Both the position numbers and the translations under genes were made by a program. The notes beneath the pieces were generated by a model. It was given only the letters and a program-made list of their open reading frames with translations. It was not told the origin of the DNA and searched no databases. A stretch of DNA of 64,000 nt from Octopus vulgaris (lineage: Eukaryota): contig OX597832.1 in assembly GCA_951406725.2 (NCBI GenBank), forward strand, positions 30,380,001 through 30,444,000, written 5' to 3'. Position 1 is the stretch's first letter, and each line of letters starts with the position of its first letter. This document shows, in pieces, positions 56,801 through 64,000 of the stretch.

Positions 56801-57769
56801 CTTGAGATCTTTCTTTTGCTGTTTTTAATTTTGTTCCAATTGATTTCAAATTTGGTGGATCGATGAACTTTTGTATGCTAATTATGGAAATAAAATTAAT
56901 TTTTGCCATAAATTAATAAATAAAAAGTTAATAGCTTTTAAAGTTTGCAAATTTGAGGTAATTTTAGCCAACCGAAAACCACACAAATCGATGCTTGTTT
57001 CCAAGGTGTTGTCGGCTTAAAACTACTACAACTACTACATGTAATTTATTTATTTTCTTTGATGAAAACCTATATTCTGAACTTTTAGGAATAACAAAAT
57101 CAGATTCAGTGTGAAAAATTACATCAATATACCAAATTTGTAAATTTTCAATTAATTTTCAAATTTCAAAACCTGTGACAGCAACAGAAAAGATCTGCAA
57201 CTGGTGTTTGTCTGACGAGTCTACCTAGATGTGTGGTGGCAGTCATCAAGAACAGAAAGCGCACTCCTCAATATACGGCCTTTACTTATCAACACACTGA
57301 TGTTTGGAGCATACTCTCATTGTACTCCAAAAGTATACCTGTGCTGTACTCCAATACATTTTTGACCATGTAAACTAAACATTGCTTTTTTATTTGATTA
57401 CTTTAAGGTCACTACAGACTTTATTATTGAGAATTCGGTTGTTATAAAATGGTTGGATAGAGAAACGGACTTGGAAAAGGAAAAGAATTGGAGGAGGTGG
57501 ACTAATTTTGGGGTCTGACTGGATATGTGTGAACGTGCGCGCGCGTGTGCGAACCTGACCAACAGAGGAAAGTCAACAAGGAGAGATAGGCTTGGCCATT
57601 CAAACGCAAATGAAACCTTTCTATGGGTGAAGGTGCGTCACTCCTCCCTGTCCCACTCTAATAAAACGTCCCGGCCAAGAGCTTCCAGAATCCCTGTGGA
57701 GGTCGTGCTGTTGGCGCGTGGGTGATTATTTCGTGCGCACGCGCGCACACATACATATGGCCTAGAAGC

Positions 57770-58330
57770 TCTCTGTTTCTTTTGCTGTTATCGCCTGGTC
57801 ATCTGCAAATCTCACAGTTTGTACCAGATGCCCACTAACCTTCACTATTTTTATCATCTCTTCTATTGTCTCTCTCTCACTGTTGCCTCTACATAGATGT
57901 TCAAGTGCAAGGAGGACAGTAACCATACTTGTCTGATGGTGCAGGATGCAGCTATTCCATGAGCTCTCCTTATAGATGCTGTCTGGCCCATGAACAGAAC
58001 TACGACCAGGCTTCTATCTCACCAATCTACTTCCAGATGTTTGAGTAAACCCATCAGCTTTTTTTTTTCAATGAACTCAATCGAAAGCTTTCTCATAATC
58101 GAGAAAGCAGATAAAGACTTCCTGATCAAGTTCAATGCTCTGCTCTCCAAAAGTTCTTTAAACAGCGATTGCCGCTCTCGTTCCCATTTCTTTCCTGAAA
58201 TCAAATTGGTATCTCCCAATGGACTCCAGTGCTTCGGTCCTCGCCTGTTGTCGATCACTCTCAACGCTATTTTGGATGTGTGGAATATGAAGTTGATTGT
58301 ACGGTGGTCATCCCATTTCTAAGCATTTGG
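57770..58330 (-). mobile_element. Degenerate RTE-like LINE RT fragment
   Basis: CFLDYEKAFD at ~58111-58080, and FADD at ~57810-57799. Confidence 0.6.
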
Positions 58331-59516
58331 GTCTCTTCGTAAATAGTTTGGAATCTAACCGTAATCCAGGTAACTGAGAACAAATGCTCTCCGCAGGAAC
58401 AATATGATTTCCTTCCGTTTCATTTTTTTTTTTCGTTTTTTTTTTGCCTGCGCAATGAGTTCAACCAGACAGTTGCCTGCACATTATAACCATTTATATT
58501 ATAATAGAGAAAGTTACTTATTAATTAGGTATGTAACAGCTACTAAAAGAAAGCAATTAAAAGCTTCACCGTTTGGAAACAAATTTCCTGTAATTTCGAT
58601 TTCTGAAGTTTATTGAATATTTGATCTCAAGTTTTTCACAAATTTAAATATTCGCTGCATTTACTACGGACTAGATTTAATAAACAATATTAATTCGCTG
58701 CAGGCGAAATTTTCCGTTTTCATCTGCAACAATCTCTCACTCTCTCTCGCCTCTATTTTCATAAATGATAATTTAATAAATATTCATTTCAATGTTGTCA
58801 AAACCTACAGTTTATTCTATATACGTAATGTAAAAAAAATATTTATTGAATGAATGAATGCTATTAGACAGAATAGTTGTATTACTTTGAAGCTTCCATG
58901 GTATAGTATACTGGTATAATTTTTTTTTTTTAATTAAGTGGTTTTGTTGGTATGACCGTTTGGAACGCTATTAAGTTTACAATAATTATGCGATCGTTGC
59001 TATTTCTAGCACGCTAAACGTGTTGGGGTTACCTCGAAGTTTCTTTAAATTACAGGTATAATATAACTACGGTAAATTACTAAAAGAAATATTTACTAAG
59101 CAAATGAGAATTTTTTTATGCATTGGAGTTTTCAGGAAATTTTACTTTCTGAACTTTCTCTTATTATTGAATATTTCAAGTTTACAAATTTAAATATTCG
59201 GTACAAGATGGTTTGGCATTCTTTCCCTTGGACCCGAACTCTTCGTTAATTTCGGTAACAATTTTTTTATTTATTTACTTTTTGCGCACCGTGTTCAGCT
59301 CTTGTCAGTCACACACGTCCACTTATGTTTTTGTAGGTACGATTGTATACATTTATGTATGCGTGTGTCTGAAAGAGAGAGACAGGCAGACAGACGGACA
59401 GAGAGAGTAATGGGGTGTATTGTCATGTAGACGTGCATAAAAACATATGCATACAACTTTTTTGTATGTATGTATGTGTGTGTGTGCTAGACAGAGAGAG
59501 AGAGTAATGTCTAAGT

Positions 59517-59566
<50 letters not shown>

Positions 59567-60173
59567 TACACACACATGTCCATTTCATATACACGTACAT
59601 ACATCTTTCACTTTAAAACAATAGTAAACAAATGAAAACATTTTTACGGAAATTCACCAACAAAACCAGCTGTTCGTTTTGGCATTTCTGAGGGTTCGAC
59701 CGAAAGAAAGCCGATAGTTTTTAAAGTGTTTTTATTTATACGATTTTCTCATTTCATGTTTATTTAATTCATTGATTCTGCATCCCCTTATCTCTCTCTG
59801 TCTCACTCTTACAAACACACACACATTTAACTAGCAGAAAACTGCCCGAAGGGCGGTCTTTCTGCTAGTCTTAGTAATACGCACGCAGAATGATACATCG
59901 TTAACCACGTTACTCCGGGATTGCAATGCACTCTGGTCCCGTCTATTCTGATTCTTAGAATATTTCAACGCTGAACAGCATGTTGATTCTTCAACCAGCT
60001 TGTTTATTTCATTCGGATCTATCCAGCAGAGTTCGGACAGAGGCACTTTGGAATTGCCATCTCCTCGGCAACATAAACTAAACGTGAATTCATACGTGCA
60101 TGGCTTTCTCTCCCACCTCTCTCTCTCTCCCTCTCTCTCTCTCCCTCTCTCTCTCTATATATATATCGAAATG

Positions 60174-60402
60174 AAGGCGGTGAGCTGGCAGAACCGTTAG
60201 CAAGCCGGGCGAAATGCGTAGCCGTATTTCGTCTGCCGTTACGTTCTGAGTTCAAATTCCGCCGAGGTCGAGCTTTACCTTTCATCCTTTCGGCGTCGAT
60301 AAATAAAGTACCAGTTACGCACTGGGGTCGATGTAATCGACTTAATCCATTTGTCTGTCCATGTTTGTCCCCTCTGTGTTTAGCCCCTTGTGGGCAGTAA
60401 AG
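60174..60402 (+). mobile_element. SINE family A
   Basis: Full head, core and tail. Confidence 0.88.
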
Positions 60403-60959
60403 ATATATATATATATCGAAACCAACTAAGTTTGCTCACTCATAAAACCGATACATGCAAACCGCAAGTTAACTGGTTAAAATAAAAGCGTGATCTATGC
60501 CAGTAATATCGGTGCGCCGAACAAACCGTGAGGCTTAAGCTGCATGCAGATTGGTCAAACCCGTATTCGAAAAATTCAGCTTGGAGTTTTCTAAAAGGTG
60601 TAAAAATGAAGAAGTCAGTCGTTTTACTACAGTTGCCAAGAGCTCAACTCAACTGTCAGTCAAAACACTTTGAAATCTGATGATTACTACGAGCGTAGGG
60701 GTGTGTCATGGTTTTGGGTGTAGGAAAAGGCAGTTTGCACCTTCGGGTAGGGGCTATCAAACTTATATCTTCCCTTGATTTGATTGTTCTTCTTGAGGTA
60801 TGTTTTTTTTTTCTTTTTTATTCGTGTCATCATCAGAAGCTTTTGTTTTCGTTTTCTCTTCATTTTCTTTTCCTTTTTCAACCCTTTCATCTCTTTGGTT
60901 GTTCACTTTGGTGGCGTAGGGTCATTTGTGCTGGTGTCTCCTTCCTAGCAAGTCTCCCA

Positions 60960-62080
60960 CTCGTGATTTCAGCTCCATAGAATTAGCATAGTTCATGGCA
61001 TCTGGCCATTCGCCTGCACATTGCCATCATCATGGTGATATGTTCATTAAACGAGGCGTTGTTGTTCATATCAGTCCCCAGACCGCACACTGCATGTTAG
61101 CGTCTGCAGGCTGATAACGCAGGACTAAAAGGCATGTTGCTTTCTTCAACCCATTTATATATGGCATCTACATCTTCCTGTACTTCTTCCTTGGCTGCTT
61201 GTCCTCCTTTTGTGTCGTTAGCATAGCTAGTAAATGTAGCTGTCTTTGTAACTGATGACATGTCCGAAAGAGCTCCCATAAGTGGCAGCGGCTTCAAGAC
61301 AGTTCGCTGAGGTACTCCATTCGCTATTATTGTATCCTTGAAGAGAGCCTCATTGCTGCCACAGCCTGACGTCTATCTTTCAAGAAGTCTTGTAACCACT
61401 CTTCCAGTTTTCCGATTATGCTGAGTCTCTATAGCATGCGACATCTCATCCCATGATCAACCGTATCAAAGGCCTTTGTAAAATCAAGACACATCACATC
61501 CACGTTTGAGTGAATCATTAGTTGTTTCAATACCCAGTCATAATGCCACAGAAGTAGTGTAAGGCAGCTTCTTCCTGAGCGGAAGCCACGCTGGGTGTTA
61601 GGGATCAAGTTATTGTCGTCAACGAACGTGACCAGCTTCCTCCTGACTATGCGTTGCATGACTTTGCTGACGTCTGTGGTTAGAGGGACAGGACTGTAAT
61701 ATTTAGTATCCGCTCTGCTACCTGTTTTAAGGATGGGACATATTTTGCCTTCTTTTAACTTTCTGGGATGTCTTCCATTTACAAGTGAGCGTTGGAAGAG
61801 GACCTGGAATGATCTTGCTAGATTCCCTTTGCTATTCTTTTGGAGGGTCGCTTGGAATCCATCGGAGCTTCTAGCTGAGTTTAAGCTCATTTCATCAATG
61901 AGATTCCACTGTTTCGATGTAATCAATAATTGCCATCCGTTTGTGTGGTACCGATCATAGTGGTTAGATTTGTATCGATTTTTTACCCTATTCAAAAGCG
62001 TTTAGTTTAGACCTATACCAGACACTGTATGCTGTGTGGATTCAAAAGAGGATCTCCAGCAATGGAAGCGGCCAGAAATA
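60960..62080 (-). mobile_element. CR1/L2-group LINE RT fragment, same family as 27140-28808
   Basis: QRGFRSGRSCLTLLL; VDVMCLDFTKAFDTVDHG; GVPQ; SYANDTK. Confidence 0.9.
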
Positions 62081-62329
62081 TTTGTTCAGTTTATGGAAAT
62101 GAAGCTTTGAGTGTCCGGACATACCAATGATGGTTTGGCGAGTTTCGCTCGGAAGATATTCCTCTTGCTGATTCCCCTTCATCTGGACGACCAATTATTT
62201 TTAACTTCTGAAATTCATTGTTGAAGAAAATCCAAAGCAAACTCCCGAGGATTAGCAAAACAATTCTATTCAAATCATTCTTCGATCATAAAACAACTTG
62301 AATTAGAAAGAGTGGCTGAACTGGGTCAG

Positions 62330-62780
62330 TTGATCGTTTATCGTCTGATTACTTCTAACCTTTTCTGAGTAGAATCGTCACAAGTGATGTAAAGAGGGGT
62401 TCTATAATCATATCCAATGGAAACGGTAATGGTTAGCACACAATGAAAAATAATCGATCCCCAGACCAGGACGACACCCGCAAAAGGTTATGCTTGGGTT
62501 TCGATGGGATATGAAACAGTTCATACAAGAAGCATGGCTGGGAATTGGAAGCATTGAACCAAACTTCGCAGAAAAAATGCCTCTAATTGGTCACTTGCAA
62601 AAAAAAAATATTGCTCTTATTTGATAATGCAAGAATAAACATTGCCACGGATTGTCCATAAATTATGTTTACAATTTGAAATATTCAGAAAAAAATAGAG
62701 AATACAAGAAACGTAACAGAGGTTGTTGGAAAATATGGGCAAATAAATAAAGTTTTATCAGAACACTTCTATATGGGCTC
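62330..62780 (+). mobile_element. Highly degenerate mariner fragment
   Basis: SRIVTSD.K, KVML..WD and DNAR-like remnants. Confidence 0.5.
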
Positions 62781-62804
62781 CATAGGTTGCATGCAACACA
62801 GATA

Positions 62805-63548
62805 CGCGATGGTGCTGAAAAGTTCCTGGCTTTGGGTAAAAGAAAATACAGGAAGATCAGTTAATTGTTCTTTTATTCAATACGAGCAGTATTTTTGAAA
62901 AGTAAACCTTTTGCCTTATGTAGCTTGTTATTCTCTTTAAGTGAACATTTTTCTGGTTGAAATACACCGAAAAATGGCGACACAGCAGTAAAAAAATCGT
63001 AAAAAAGCACCTTTTTGATGTAAATAATTTTTGGTGTTAACATGGTCCGATTTGAATTTTAGAATTTTAGAAGAGCAAGCTTTCTTCTATCATACTCACT
63101 ATTTTGGTCAACTTGCGTCACAGGGTCTCGGAGGAGATAGTGTTAGCTGAAGGCTACCAAACCCGCCATACACACAGACAACTTTAGCTTTATATATATA
63201 AATATGTGAAGGTGGCGGCTGGCAGAAACGTTAGCACGCCGGCGAAATGCTTAGCGATATCTCGTCTGTCTTTACGTTCTGGGTTCAAATTCCGCTGAGG
63301 TCGACTTTGCCTTTCATCCTTTTAGGGTCGATAAATTAAGTACAAGTTGCGTAAAAATTTTGGTCCTTGTGCCAAGAGCAGAAAAGATTTTATTCAATAT
63401 GTTTCCCCTCACAATTTCACACAATTAATGCAGCAGTCCTTCCGTTTTACTGAGCCCTGTAAAAGAACTCGGAAAGACATTGGGTCGGGCCCTTCAACCC
63501 GGTCTTTCGCGATACCCTTACAGCCAGGAACTTTTCAGCACCCCTTCG
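62805..63548. mobile_element. Mariner-type MITE containing a Helitron (~62883-63202) and a family A SINE (63209-63387)
   Basis: TA-flanked TIRs GGTGCTGAAAAGTTCCTGGCT / AGCCAGGAACTTTTCAGCACC. TTTTATTCAATA is repeated at 62871-62882 and 63388-63399. Confidence 0.8.
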
Positions 63549-63967
63549 TAAACGATAGATTGTGGAAGTTGTAAAAGCAATTTATAAACACGCTGTGTAT
63601 ATATAATAAACACGCTGTGTATATATAATGAGAATACTTTTAAAATGTTTTGTGTTACTTTGCTTCGAAACGGGAAGAATTCTACGCCCTACGGTCCCAA
63701 AATTTGCAAAATAGATGGGATTCTGTCGTCAACGATGAGGGAAAATGTTTTGATTAAATATATCAATTAAGACTAATGAAACAGTTGTTTGTTTCCCATC
63801 TTGAAAGCTATTTCTTTCCGACATAATATATATGCATGCGTGGGTGTAGATATATATATATTGGGTATTTATCTAGGAATTGTGCATACACGCCTTCATT
63901 ATATATCTATACATTCTTATATACGTTTCAGCCAGTAGGCTGTGGCCATGCTGAAGCACCGCCAGTG

Positions 63968-64000
<33 letters not shown>

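Overview
AT-rich, microsatellite- and transposon-dense animal genomic DNA. The tRNA-derived SINE families and repeat landscape suggest a coleoid cephalopod, probably Octopus (inference). The only host gene I can support is a minus-strand paired-class homeobox gene of the Arx/aristaless family. It has a coding exon at 20429-19843, a 6.65-kb phase-2 GT-AG intron and a 46-nt microexon at 13190-13145, together giving [31 protein letters not shown]|EELAMRIDLTEARVQ. The VWFQNRR exon was not found and probably lies left of position 1. The rest is intron or upstream DNA holding three SINE families, CR1/L2-, RTE- and R4/Dong-type LINE fragments, Penelope-like (PLE) RT and GIY-YIG remnants, mariner/Tc1 relics, Helitrons, foldback elements and long simple repeats. 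The most interesting unannotated signal is a dispersed set of type-I hammerhead-ribozyme-like motifs. Several sit in long inverted repeats and/or (TA)n tracts, three have U at core position 6, and they co-occur with PLE coding remnants. Most ORFs in the supplied track are microsatellite or SINE artefacts. All calls were made by eye; TE boundaries are approximate.
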